Shown here piece after piece: positions 51,544-64,000 of a DNA stretch of 64,000 nucleotides. The notes beneath the pieces are model-generated. The model saw only the letters and a program-made list of their open reading frames with translations. It was not told the DNA's origin and did not search any database. The stretch's first letter is position 1, and each line of letters begins with the position of its first letter. Source of the stretch: Camelus dromedarius (lineage: Eukaryota); the NCBI RefSeq assembly GCF_036321535.1, contig NC_087437.1, positions 109,680,001 through 109,744,000 on the forward strand. The letters run 5' to 3'. The position numbers were made by a program, and so were the translations under genes.

Positions 51544-51913
51544 CATATTCATTTTCTAGGACTGCCACAACAGGTATCACTGACTGGGGGACTGAAACAA
51601 GAGAAATCTATCTCTTCATAATTCTGGAGATTGGAAGTCTGAGGTCAAGGTGTGGGCAGGGCTGGTCTCTTGAGGCTCCTCTCCTTGACTTGCAGATAGC
51701 TGCCTCTCCCTCTTTCTTCAAAAGAGCTTCCCTCTGGACAGGTCTGTGCCCTAAGCTCCAGTCATACTGGGTTAGGGCCCTCCCATAATAACCTCATCTT
51801 CCCTGAATTACCTCTTAAAAGATTCTATTTCCAAATATAGGCACATTATGAGGTACTGGAGGTTAGGACTACAACACATGAACTTTGAGGAGGACACAGT
51901 TCAACCCATAACA
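51544..51913 (-). mobile_element. MLT1A/B solo LTR
   Basis: ttctaggactgccacaaca...ggaagtctgaggtcaaggtgt...gaggtactggaggttaggact...acagttcaacccataaCA. Confidence 0.9.
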
Positions 51914-53249
51914 GACTCCATGATGCCAAGACCCTAAAAATAAGTGTGTTAGGATTGGAACAGAATTAACTGAAATGGTGCATCCAAGGTGTGGCCCAAG
52001 TAGCCCCCCGGGGATGTCAGCCAGGTTGATGGCAGGAGCTATGGGAACACACCCAGCATATTAGGCACAGCTCTGACTGGTAGGGGTCTTCACTAGGCCC
52101 ACCTCACCAAGAATAATTGTCAGAGAACTGCGTTCCAATATCTGGATGGGTCATGGGTTTTCACCCATTTTGGAGACAAGAATGACAAATACAGAGATAC
52201 CAAAGCTCAGAATATTTGAAAAGTGTGCAAAATTTATGAATTTTCTTATTAAAGCAGTAGATTTCAAAACCAGTGAAATTCACAAATTTTCTTAATGAAA
52301 AGGTGAAACACAGAACCTAGCTTAGTGATTTATATGGAATGTTAGGTATTTAGGTAAAAGCTTGCTGAGTTGAATTTAATATTTGGTCTTTTAATCAGAT
52401 GTTCTAGTGTTTTTTTCTTAAAATTCAGATGGCTTGAGAAATGTGTTGCTGAGGACACAAACATGCTGAAACAGCAGCTTCCACTGTCGTACCTTACAAC
52501 CTGGAACAAGGTAGCATGTCTTTATTTCATGGTGTCTTACAAAAGTGGAACATAACGCATTTGGGAAAATAGAGCCTATTAAACACCTCAGACAGTTCAC
52601 GGGGTAGAGCACTGTGCTGTCACACCCTTGTGGCTCCTTCCCACTATTCCTATAAAGAGGTGCTGCCAGAAATTGGACTCTTGCAAATTGCTATGGGTCC
52701 TGTTTACTTTCGTATTATGTGTAGCCACACTGCAATCTAAGTGCCATTTTTCATACTAAAACAAGATAATTATATTTTAGGAGTCACGCTGAAAAAATTG
52801 TGTGTGCATTGGGGAAGAACTACACACTGATTTTTTTCCAAGAATGAATCTTAATCGTAAATGAATTGCCTGGCTGTTTCTTATGCTGTTTTAACTGGGT
52901 GAGTGCCAAAGGCACAGCGTGTTTCAAATTCTTTACATTGCTCTGACTTGTGTGTGTATGTGTGTACGTGCACATGTGCGTCTGATAAAAGAGAATATGG
53001 TTTATTTGATTGCTTGGAGTTCTCGGACATGGGAAGAAAATATTACACTTTATATATTTCTAGCCAGGTCCCTATTATCAATTTTATGCTGTGAGAGAAA
53101 ATTTCCAAAGGCCTGTGGCACAGAGGATGGCTTTGAACAACCTGGCTTCTGATAGTCCCTTCTTCAAGAACTCACAACTGTCTGCGCACTTCTGGAATTA
53201 GGAGTGATGACTGGCCCTCTTGACATGATCATAACAAAGTCTTTGATTT

Positions 53250-54700
53250 CACACAACACTTTCAACGAGTATTAATTAAATAACTATTTTCCAAACTGTC
53301 CAAGCTGGTGAGAGAAAGATGAACAATAATTACTGTCATTATATTCCTCCCTTTTTTGAAGTAATAAGATATGCTCAATGAAAAGAAACAAATAATATAA
53401 TTATATCTAACGTACATAATGAAGGGCCCAGTTTCATGTAAATTAAAATGTCCAAATTAGTAGGTAAATAATGAGAACATTCACTTTGACTGGAGTTTTC
53501 TAAGACCCTTCAAAGAAGATGTGAGACTTGACATAAGTAAGGGATTATAAATAAAGAGGAAAAATATTATCAAAGGCTTAGCAACAGGGATGCATACGAG
53601 TCACATGTCTTGTGGCGACAGGCTAGTCTGCGTTGGGGCCAAAAGCTGAAGAATAGTTAAAAGTCTGGGTAAGTCAAATGGAACTAAAATAAACCATGAA
53701 GTTTGACGCAGAGTGTGGGAGTACAGGTTTCAATCTGATGGGTAATGGGATTCTTGGTAAAGAAGACATCCTGGTGAAAACAGGGCTTTCTGAAAATCAA
53801 ATAAGGCGATAATGTTGCAAGACAACTTGCCTTTGGGAACACTAAAGTTAGACATTCTTGTAACCTTCTATAAGTGAGTTCATTAGAGCTGGGACCAGCG
53901 TGGAAACAGAGTGAATGTGAAGAAAGAGTCAGATAGTAGAGATGCTATTAAGGCATAGGATCTGGTGATGGATTAGGTAATAGTAATAAAAGACAGGCAG
54001 CTGAGTCTAGTTCAGCTTCCATATTTTGTGCCTGCAGGATTTGTGCCTTCAGGAACAGAAGTGGGTATGGAAGGGGAAGGGATTGCTAAGAGGGAATGAC
54101 AATGAAATCAGAGCCTGGCCTAATGACATACAGTTTGGGGACAAGTGAGGAGAATGCTATGAAGGTGACTGTAATTACAAATCAGAATGAGGTTAAGATG
54201 GTGAAATTGATTTGAGAGAGAGCATCAAGGTGAAAACATAAAGGTCTAAGTGAATAAGCTCACCAAAAAAAAAAAAAAAAAAAAAGTAGAGTGAGAAAAG
54301 TAGAGGGCAATCAATGAATAATGTCCCCCATTACAGAATAGGGCATGAATGACACATCACAGGTGGGACTGTCAGAAAAGTAGGGGATGTTCCAAAATAC
54401 TGCCATGGAAGTCAAAGTAGGAGACAGCTGCAATAAAGAGCCTTTTTAATATGAAATTAAATACAAAAGAAGAGAAAGAAAAGTTTCCTTGAGACAAGGA
54501 GTTAAAACTATTGATTTTTATTAGAGATATTTAGTTTAATCCCAGGAACAGAATCCTAACTGCTAAGTGAAAGGGAAAAAACAAGGTGAGGAAATGGAGG
54601 CAGCGCATAGAGACAGCGTCTTTGAAACTGGGCATAAAAGACATGGTGTCAATACCCAGAAGAGGCAGAGGATAAAGAGTGCACTTTTCTCCCCAAATGA
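53250..54700 (-). mobile_element. Highly degenerate L2 region
   Basis: Purine-rich L2-like tracts (ggatctggtgatgg; ctgccatggaagtcaaagtaggaga; gtgaggaaatggaggcagcg). Confidence 0.45.
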
Positions 54701-55049
54701 GGGCATTTCTCTACATATTTGATGGTAAAGTAGCCAAATCGAAGGACCTCCGAGAAGTTTGAAGGGTTGAAGGTGCAGATGGAGGGATGGGCTGTCTCTC
54801 TTCCCCTTTGCTGGAATGAACTTTATCTGGGAACTTCAGTGCTTTTCCTCTCTTCCAAAACTTTGTGTCATCAGTTATGCCTCTGAGGTTTGCATGCCCA
54901 AGCAGCCCTCTGTACTGGTCCCTTGCCTGTCCCTGCAAACCTTCTCTGGTCTCCCCATTCATAAGGTATCTTCTCTTACGTGTGCTGTACCCCTCAGCTG
55001 TGGGCTCACTCTCTTTTCCTCTTCAAAACCAAACTTTAATATGAAATTT

Positions 55050-56437
55050 CTTCCCCCTTGCGCTTCCTGCATCTTTCTTATTCACAGATCCATACTCTCT
55101 TTGCCCCAGGGCTCCACTGACACATCTTGTGTCAAGATTATTAATGTCTGTTTTTTATCAAATTCAATTGCTGACACCTTTTTCCCCTCGTAAAACATTC
55201 TTTTCCTTTGGCTTTCATGACACTGCACTCCTGGCCTTCTTACGTCTCTGGTTTCTGTTCTAACTCTTTTCCTCTCTCCTCTTCCCACTCGGTCCATCCC
55301 ACTGCACGTTGCTCCTGGGCTGCACTGTCATCCCAATTCTGTAAAGTAGCCCAGATCTCTCCTGTAACTTGCAGACTGGACCTTGATTTCACAGAAGCCT
55401 CAAACTTAAACATATCTGTGGCTAAAAGCCCTTTTGTCCCCACATCCCCAGTCCTGCTCTTCTCCAGTGTTCCGTACCTTAATCGTAGCCACTCTTCCCT
55501 GGATAGGGAAGCCAGGAACTTCATTGTTGTTCCCACTCCTTCCTTTTCCTTCTCCTCTCATATCCCATCTATAAGCAACTCCTCTTAGTTTTATTTCCTA
55601 AGTATTTAAATCCAACTATGTGTTTTCCCCTCTGCTGCCACCACACTTATTCAGGCCACTATCGTTTTTGCATAGATTATTGTAGACGGTCCCATCACTG
55701 ATGCCTCTGAGGATAATTTTGGTCCTTTTCCATCTCTCTCTTCCAATCCACAAAGCAGGTCTAAGACTGAGTTAAGTCTGGATAAAATACTTTTAAAGCT
55801 CCCTACTGGGTCTGTACAAATACAAGCTCCTTAATGTGCCCCATAATATCTTTTTTAAAAGTATTGAATACCTAACTGTGTGCCAAATGTTATCTCATTT
55901 AACCTTTAGGCTACTATATGAATGGTTAAACCAGACCCATGTTAATACAGAGTCTCTTCACAAACAGTAGATTTAACTGATTCCCATCCCCTTCATGGTG
56001 AAGCTCTGCTGAATTCTGCAGGAACAGCCTTTATCACTCCATCTTTAGCCAGAATGAGTCTCTTGCCATTCTCTGCATATGCTCTCTTGTGAGCACGCTC
56101 TTTCTTATGCCTACAACTCATTTTCCATCCCTTCTTACCCCATTTTCCTGGTTAATTCTTACTGACATCTTAGGTCTTAACTTGTATGTCACTCACTTAC
56201 TCCAAGAAGGTAGCTCTAATCACACCACTAATTCCCAGTTAGGCCACAATCCTATGTGCTTCCGTACCAAACTTATGCCATTTGTAACACTTAACTGCAA
56301 TCCCCTGTCTACTCTAATAGAAGGTAAGTTCTCTGAGGGCACTGCTTGTCTTGTTCACCATTCTATCTGTCGAAACTGAGGCCAGCAAAGGGTAAGTACT
56401 TGGTGACGACTCACTGAATGCTGAAGGAATGAATGGC
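55050..56437 (+). mobile_element. L2 LINE, long 3' portion
   Basis: tggctttcatgacactgcactcctgg...gcctcaaacttaaacatatct...ctgctgccaccacactt...taagttctctgagggc...gaaggaatgaatg tail. Confidence 0.75.
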
Positions 56438-57289
56438 TTAGACACAGATTTATGTCGATATAAAGATCAAAGAAACAATCCAGGCAGGAATGCTCTTCAT
56501 GGAAATATGAGACAAGAACATCTGCTCAGAATGAGAGTTTGGCCACAGGAAAATGTAAACAAATGAGAGGAAAAATAAAGGTGTGAGGTAGCCTTAAAGA
56601 TCATCCAGAAGTAATAGGATTGTTGAAGAGGATAAGGGAGCCAGATGATAACTGGATAGCAAAGACCCAACAATGATTTCTTCAGCTTCCTCTAGAAGTG
56701 TTTGTGCCACGGAGAAAAGAGCTTAGGAGTTGAATGGTAGATGCCTGAGCTTGAGGATGGCTCCGATGTTTAGGGTGATGTGTGTGTGCTGGGTATGCTG
56801 GTGCTTGTGTGATGCGTCCGGAATGAAGATGAAGGTCGTTGTAAAGTCAGCACTTATATAACCAAAGCTAGAATTTGAGCTAACAGAGACCCACTGTGCT
56901 GGGACAAAGGAGACGGTCTGTGTAAACAGGAGGTTTGGAGTCGCTAGAGGTGTTAGTGAAGGCACAGTGGATGGAGTGAAGGAATCTGGGAGGAGGTAAG
57001 GAAAGCACCAACAAAAGAAGTGATTAAATTCAGTGTTTCCAAGTTGATGCTATTGCCTGTAATGACAGGAATCTACTTTTCACAAATATATGTATTTTAT
57101 CAAAATCAGAACTGATCATATGTGTGGTAATAAAAAGTTTAAAAATGCAATCAACTTGGTGGTTAGTTTCTCCAAAGGAAGAAGTGTCAAGGTTGGGGAG
57201 CCCCTTTGTAAATCCCCTTTTCTAATTTCGATCAGTGGAGAAAAATAATCCTGGGGGACTTATTTCTCCATGGCAACTAATTACCCACC

Positions 57290-57420
57290 TCACGCATTTA
57301 TTTGTGGGCGGATCAATCATTCCCCAAGTATTTACTGATCCCCCATTGTGTGCCCTACATGATGCTAAGTGCTGGGAGGAAAGAAGAAAAATATAAAGCA
57401 TGGTGTCTCCCCTCTCCATC
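57290..57420 (-). mobile_element. L2 3' end
   Basis: tcattccccaagtatttactga...tgtgtgcc...gatgctaagtgctggga. Confidence 0.6.
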
Positions 57421-57800
57421 TACGGTATGCCTCCACATCACTTAAGCTGCCCTGATTTCAATATCATTTCACAGTTTTAGTGTCAGAATAAATTTATTGA
57501 TAATCCCTTGCTATGTAGTCATTCTTCCATAATTTTTGATGATCCTTAAGACTACTCCAGACCTCTATTTTTCCTCCTGTTTGTTTACATTTTCCTGTGG
57601 CCAAACCTTGACTCTGAGCAGATGTGTCTTGTCCCCATAAACACCGTAACTGTTGGTCCTTTTAGGTAACCAACTGTTTCATCACTTTAAAAAAAAAATA
57701 AGATGCTAATTTGGTATTATTTTGTAGGTCCTAGCAAGCGTCTTGTGAATGTTAATATCAGTATTCTTTATGCTGTTCTGTAACATACGTTGTTTCTTAC

Positions 57801-57929
57801 TTAAAGAAAAATCTTATCTGTAGCATTTTCTCAGTTTGCATTTTATTCTGTTCTAGCTTTTGTTTAATTAATATTTTGACTCATAAAATCTCTTTAGTCT
57901 TCTTAACCTTTTTTCCCCTTCTGAACATT
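57801..57929 (-). pseudogene. Candidate exon (129 nt, frame-preserving)
   Basis: tttagttgtag|A...TAA|gtaaga; MFRRGKKVKKTKEIL*VKILIKQKLEQNKMQTEKMLQIRFFF. Confidence 0.3.
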
Positions 57930-60139
57930 CTACAACTAAATTATCATTTCTTATTATGAATTTGTGCAATTATTCCATAAATAATGATTTGCTTTCTCTT
58001 CCTCCTTAAAAATGGATATCATGTTCAGGATTTGTAGATATTTTCCCCTAAATTTTAGTAGGATTTTCCTATTTTTAATGAAGCAAAGGTTTACATTAAA
58101 TTAATTTTAATGTCTTTTAACAGAATTTATAATTTTTAAAGTTATAGCTAAAGGGCCATGATACTGTCTTTACTTATGAACAGAGATTTTTATCTTAATC
58201 TAGACTAAGATTTTTATCTTAATCTATACACCTTCTATAACCATTACTGAGGTTTATGTGGAAATAGTTCATTTGCATCACAAGCGGATCAATGCCACAA
58301 CCACAGAAGATAAATGACAGATATATTTGTTGCAAGGCATTATTAGTGAGTCACCTGACCAGTGGTGTGGTTAATTCATGAAAGAGTAAAAATAAAACAG
58401 ATTAAGAATGCCTATTATTTCTGATTTGATCGTATCTTGCACTTATAATCTAACAGATAATGTACTGCCCATCTTTTCTCATAGTCAATGTATAATCTGT
58501 GTGAATACCTTTTTTCAGGTTACAGGAGATGGTTCTAGAAATCTTTTGAAACACTAGAATGAGTTGCCTAAAAAGCCAAAAATCTCTGTCTGGAAGATTT
58601 TTGCAAACTGAACAGTTACTCCTCTGTATAGAAAGGGTTATGTGAACCTTCATCAGTGTTAGCCGTCCGTAAAGATTTGTCTGGGAGTAAGCTTCTGTTT
58701 GTCTAGTATTCATTTGACATTTGGAAGAATCCTGACAATAATAATAATTAGGTTCTATCCTTATGCCTTCTCTTTTCTTGGATGTTCTGTTTTCATGCTT
58801 AGATAAAAGGCTTAACTCCTTAAAGCTGTTGGTGAACAGCACAGTAGAAAAATCATTGCTGATCTCACTCAAAATTTGGCAACATGCAAACTGATCACCA
58901 CAGGAGCTTTCAAAATGGCAACATTCACTGACTTACTCTCTCCAGGACCTGCCTAACACAGAGTTTTCTTTTATAATCTGAAGCTGTGTGATCTGTACTT
59001 TTAAGCATTTCTACTAGTCCCTTGTGAGGCAGGGAACTTAGGCTGAATATTTAATAGGAGTGTCACATGAAACTCCAGTTAAGAATGTAAACATGGAGAT
59101 AAACAGTGGGTACATTTATGAACTCTGAATGGCGCTTATGTTTTTATCTTGTTCGGTAGCACATCCGTGCTTACGTGCTCTATACTTGGTTTGCTTTTGA
59201 CACTTGACTCTTTGCCCTTTGCTTGGTGGTGAGGCAGTTGGTATTCAGTATTGCACTGCTGCATAATTATAAATGCAGAACAAGCTTTGTAGATTTATAT
59301 GCCCTGCCCCACAGAACAGCATAACGAATTAGAGATTATAAATCAATTTGGTTACCCCAAGTTGGAGACTTTAAAAAATGCATTTATTTAATAGATTTTT
59401 CTCTGAACATTTGAAGCCCTTGCCTTTGATTTATGGGTTTTTTTTTTTTGTTGTTGTTGTTGTTGTTTTTCAGGAAATGTATGGGTATATTAACAAAGTA
59501 AATGCTTATTTAGGATCCAATTGTTATATATAGCTTTTTCTTAGGACACTAGAAATTTACCATAAGTGTTTGCTTTTAATGAATAAACATCGCTTATTAA
59601 TCTGTCAAATAATCTTCCAACAAAAGAAAAACACTCATTTAAGCATCATTTTTGACATATGAAAATTTTGTACAACTGAACTTTCCAGTGACACAAGCAC
59701 CAGAAGATTCTATATCTAAAATATGGGTTTAGAAATCTGAATGTAATTATCTATGATGCGAACATATGGGAGAATTTCTGACCATCAATGGATGCAGGAC
59801 CCTTTTTTTTTTTGTTTTAAAATTTTTTCTGCTAAGTATGACAACACTTGGAATTTTCATATCAAACAGGATCTCTGAGGTGCCAGGTATGGTCTTTTAA
59901 ATACAGTTGATGGTCTATCTAGATCTATATAAAAGGTAGATCACTTTATTTCTCATTTTCAGAAACAAATCCTGAGCACCAACCCCATAGATGAATTTCC
60001 TAATTAGAATTTGTAGTTTGTGGGTGTGGAGCAAAACATCCCATGATGCAATAGCCGCTTCCAGGTTTATGCAATAAACCCAGATAATTGTCTTCCACAT
60101 TTAGGTAACATCATTTTGCTATGGATGTTAAATTCTTTG

Positions 60140-60512
60140 AGAGCTGGGTTTTTCAAATTACTAGTTTACAAAATCAGTTTATTGGGACACAATCAGATTT
60201 AAAATTAAGTGTAGACTAGAATATTATAGAATAGAACATAATATACATTGCAAGGAAAAATAATGGTAAGTGTGTTTTTTGAAACTTTTCTTTTAGTTAC
60301 ACTGTAATGTGTACATGGCTTCTAATTGCAATGTATGTCCCATATGTGTATATATATATACACACACACATATTATGTATTATATTTATAACACATTATT
60401 ATGTTATAATCTGTTATATTACATTATAACAATGTCATATATAATATATACATGTATATGTATATTTCTTTTTAACTGGGGTAAAAGTAAAATTTAATTT
60501 GAAAGCAATTCT
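60140..60512. mobile_element. hAT-Charlie-type non-autonomous element with internal (TA)-rich expansion
   Basis: aaatcagtttattggg...ggtaagtgtgttttttgaaacttttcttttagtta...tttgaaagca. Confidence 0.5.
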
Positions 60513-62130
60513 TCTAAAGGTATGTCTTTGTTAGTATCAATATCTAACTGAATCAGTTGCACATTATTATTAGTTGTAATAAATTTAGTTTTTTTTTAAT
60601 TGAATGTCACCTATGTACCAAGTGATGTGTGGCTCCTTTCACATTTTTAATCTATTATCAATCCTGATAACTCTTTGAAATGAGATAAAAATTAAGTCCC
60701 TGTTACAAATTAAGAAAATAAAACATAGAAACACAAATGATTAAAACGTGGGATGTTGCAAAAAATATACTGATATCGGCATTTTCCAAACATGAGTTTC
60801 CAGGTTTTTAAATGATGTTATTTCAAATAACTTAGTTTCATGGCTGACGAGTTTTGGAAATTTGGGGTTAAATCTATTCTTTACTGCAGCAGTTCTTTGG
60901 GACTTTAATATGGTAATGGCTACTCCAATTCACCAAGTATTGATTGACATGAATGTAATGTGAGTTTTCCAAACTTATTTAACCACAAAATTATTTTAAA
61001 ATACTATTTTTTCAAAATATTGTTTATTGGGACACACTTTGGGAAATGCTTAATTCAATCATGTCAATTGAAGTTAACTTCAAAGAGACAAGACTTTAAA
61101 AAGTGAGTTTGAATGATGTTATGTTATGACATGCAATAGTGTTTCCTAGAAATCAGACTAAACACTAATTTTGTTTTTAACAAGAATTTAAAAATGGGAG
61201 TGTTTAGTATTATCCAAGCTCAAGATTCAATTTAAATGTACACATTATGGTCTACTTCCTTAGGGAATTCATTTTAGTGAATTTAGAAGCAGTAAATGCT
61301 TTGTGTTTATTTGCTTTTCTTACAATCAGTAATGTTAATTACCCATTACTATTTATATTTTAAAAACGATGTGCCATGGGCAACTTCCAGACATTGTCTA
61401 ACCTACGTCTGTTCAAGTTACTGCACGTTGGAGTTACAACGGTATCACAAGTACATGAACCCTTATTATTTATTTTGTGCAGTCCTGGCTCTCAGATTTT
61501 GGGAAGAGATCCATTCAAATTCCTTTGAGCTTGTGTACGAATTCCCTACATGTGCTGAGTGTGCAGTGGTCCTTTCAGCCACTACTTTACTTCAAACGTG
61601 ATATCCTCCCTTCCTCCCACCGCTGGTTTAAAGTAAACAGAAGGCACCATCATGAGGTTGTGCTTTAGTGGGTCTGCACTTAGTCCTCAAGTCCAACTTT
61701 TGCAGCATAGAGGACCACTGAAGTGTTTTTAATTCTTGTAGACTGATGAGGTTTGGCTCCCTAACCAGGCCACTCAGGTCCATAATCCCCGTTACCTCCA
61801 TTTTTCTTACATGTTGTACATGGTTCCATTTCTTCTCTGGTCAATGTTCCAACAAGCTTCAGATGAGACTTCCATGTTGGTTAGCTTGATCTTCAGTTCT
61901 GTTTGTGCACAGGGTTTCCAGAGCTGCCTGTATCCCTGGAGGTATTTAGTGGGTCAGCCACCTGTTTCCCAGCACTTTTTTTTTTTTAACCCTGATAAAC
62001 CTCTCTCCTTAGTCAACTGGAATGAATGCAGGAGGACGTGTGAGGGGATGTGGTCACATATAGTGACTAAGTGAACTCTTTCCCATAGAAGGGCCCTTTC
62101 CTTTGGACAGAGTTCAGGAGGATCCCTTAC

Positions 62131-62234
62131 CCTTTCCTTGGAATGAACTCCCTTTTCTGAGGGCCACGCTGCTGCTTATACCCTGGCAGAGCTGCATGGC
62201 TCACCCCCTAGACATGCCTGAACATGCCTGCTTG
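62131..62234 (-). other. Candidate exon (104 nt), probably non-coding
   Basis: ctctattttttccag|CA...AGG|gtaagg; GC-elevated; stops in all frames. Confidence 0.3.
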
Positions 62235-62319
62235 CTGGAAAAAATAGAGTTCACTAATTACCAATGCAACTATTGCTTCTGCTGTCTCTGTGTCTATAGC
62301 AATGTTGATACACACTTTA

Positions 62320-62470
62320 TATAGCTTTCACATTTAAGCCTAACAACGTACCTATAAGATAGGTATTTTTTTAAATGAGCAATGAGCTGAATGAGTCACA
62401 GAGGAGTTAAATAGTTTCCCCAGAACTACTCCACCGAAATTTGAACCCAGAGCTATGTCAGTCTTGGGCA
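62320..62470 (-). mobile_element. MIR fragment
   Basis: catttaagcctaacaac...cctataagataggtatt...gaggagttaaatagtttcccca...atttgaacccag. Confidence 0.65.
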
Positions 62471-63542
62471 AGGCTCGTCTTGGTGTAGATGTGGCTAATA
62501 ATTTAGTTACTTAGAGTTGGCGGTTGACACCTCACTATGAAGATGTCTTAACCATATAAGCTAGCCTTATCGGGTCTCTTGTTTCTCAAAAAACAGAGTT
62601 TTATTATCATCTTTATAAAAATCTATTTAGCAAAATCACAGGATTGCTTCTGTATATGTCTGTTTTATAAACCAGAAACAAGACATAAAGAGAAAACAAA
62701 ACTTTTACCAAACACGGTTGGTTGAAAGGTTGCTGAGGGAACAGACTGGCCTGATGGCACTGGGGAGAAAGGCAAGGTTGGACACCTCAAGTCTAATTGA
62801 CTAATAGTTCACGTTGGGAGCATCAACAAAGGTGGAGGAAGTGAAATACAGATCTGAGGGAGAAGGAATTAGAGAGGGCTTGGCATTTTGGAGAAGGATT
62901 TAAGTATTAGATGAGTCACTGAGTAAAACCCATGAAGGGAGAGGCTAATTAAAGAGAAGGGAAATGAATCAGTTCCATATTGCAGAGACAAGGATTAGAA
63001 GATAATGGTGGAAAGATCAGAAGGAGGAATTATAGATTAAATTCAGGTGAGCTTTTGATAAGGCCTTGAATTTAATTTTCTGAAATTCTAGAGTTCACTT
63101 ATATTTATAAGAATGCCAAATTAATCAAACAAATTATTCTGCTATAGTTAGTCCCTTGCATTTACTTGGCATATATTTTGAGGGCATTTATTGAAATAGA
63201 TAATGGACCAAACAAACAAAAAAAAATCAAAGATTTTTACCTTAGATTGCTTAAAGTCAAGAGAAAGAAAGAATTCATGTATAAGTAGATACTCTTACCA
63301 TATAACTCTGGAGCAAGAAAGAATGTATTTGTCATTGATCATAAAAGTTTTATCCAGAAAAAAATAAACTATAAAATATATTCTGAGGGGGTACTGACTT
63401 AAGAGTAACAAAATTTTCTAGAAAGTGAGGGTAAGTAGCAACTCAGTCTGGCTGGACTAATTAATCCAGGGAGATTTGTAGGTGTAGGTAGAATTTGTTC
63501 TTGATCTTCAAATGAAAATTGCTTGCGGACAATGAATAATAC

Positions 63543-64000
63543 TGTTTAAATATAGACACACACTGGCTAGAAGTGACAGAATAGAAAGATATACCATGAA
63601 AATGCTAATCATAAAAAATCTGAAGTGGCTATATTAATTTCTAGCAAAGTGATCTTAAAGACAAAGTATTACCAGAAACAAAGAGAGTCATTTTATAATG
63701 ATAAAATGGTCATTTCATCAACAAGACATAACAGCCTGTAATATATAGGCACCTAGTAGCAGAGTTTCAGAATAAATGAAGTATAAACTGACTGAAATAA
63801 ATTAAAAATAAATCCACAAGTCAAGTTAGAGATTTTAGCACTCCCCTTTCAGTAACTGATAGCACAAATATACTTCAAAAAAAAAAAAAAAAAAAAAAAG
63901 AAGAAGTATGGATATAGCAGATTTGGGTAATATCATCAATCAACTTGATCTGATTAAATATTTCAATTTTCATGTATATAACAAAATACCCAACAAATGA
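63543..64000 (+). mobile_element. Old L1 ORF2 endonuclease-region fragment
   Basis: aaagatataccatgaaaatgctaatca...gtggctatattaat...cattttataatgataaaa...aatatataggcaccta; multiple stops. Confidence 0.85.

Larger units (their letters stand above)
50553..52510 (+). pseudogene. Two phase-compatible plus-strand exon candidates (50553-50711, 52429-52510)
   Basis: ctgtattctcag|...GGCAG|gtacat and aaattcag|ATGG...AAG|gtagca; the spliced frame is open for 69 codons. Confidence 0.25.

Noticed and set aside
54816..55588. ORFs of 125, 126 and 98 aa
   Set aside because: Largely L2-derived pyrimidine-rich sequence.
1..64000. Intact CDS, tRNA/rRNA, CRISPR array or prokaryotic system
   Set aside because: The sequence is mammalian and repeat-rich; no ORF gives a recognisable protein and no repeat-spacer array is present.

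Overview
AT-rich, CpG-poor eutherian nuclear DNA. Much of it is recognisable interspersed repeat: L1, L2, MIR, MaLR/ERVL/ERV1 solo LTRs, hAT elements and microsatellites. The young L1 3' ends look artiodactyl, and I saw no Alu, B1/B2, Bov-A/tA, PRE-1 or Can-SINE, so a camelid source is a tentative inference. I find no intact protein-coding gene, RNA gene, CpG island or CRISPR array, and most listed ORFs are chance or repeat-derived. The main unexplained signal is a chain of non-repetitive blocks bounded by minus-strand splice acceptor/donor pairs. It is densest at 0-21 kb, with further candidates to 62 kb, and the translations look protein-like but carry stops and frameshifts. This suggests a decayed multi-exon gene (unitary pseudogene) or a spliced lncRNA derived from one; I cannot name the gene. 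Repeat family names come from recalled consensus sequences, not a database search, and boundaries are approximate.
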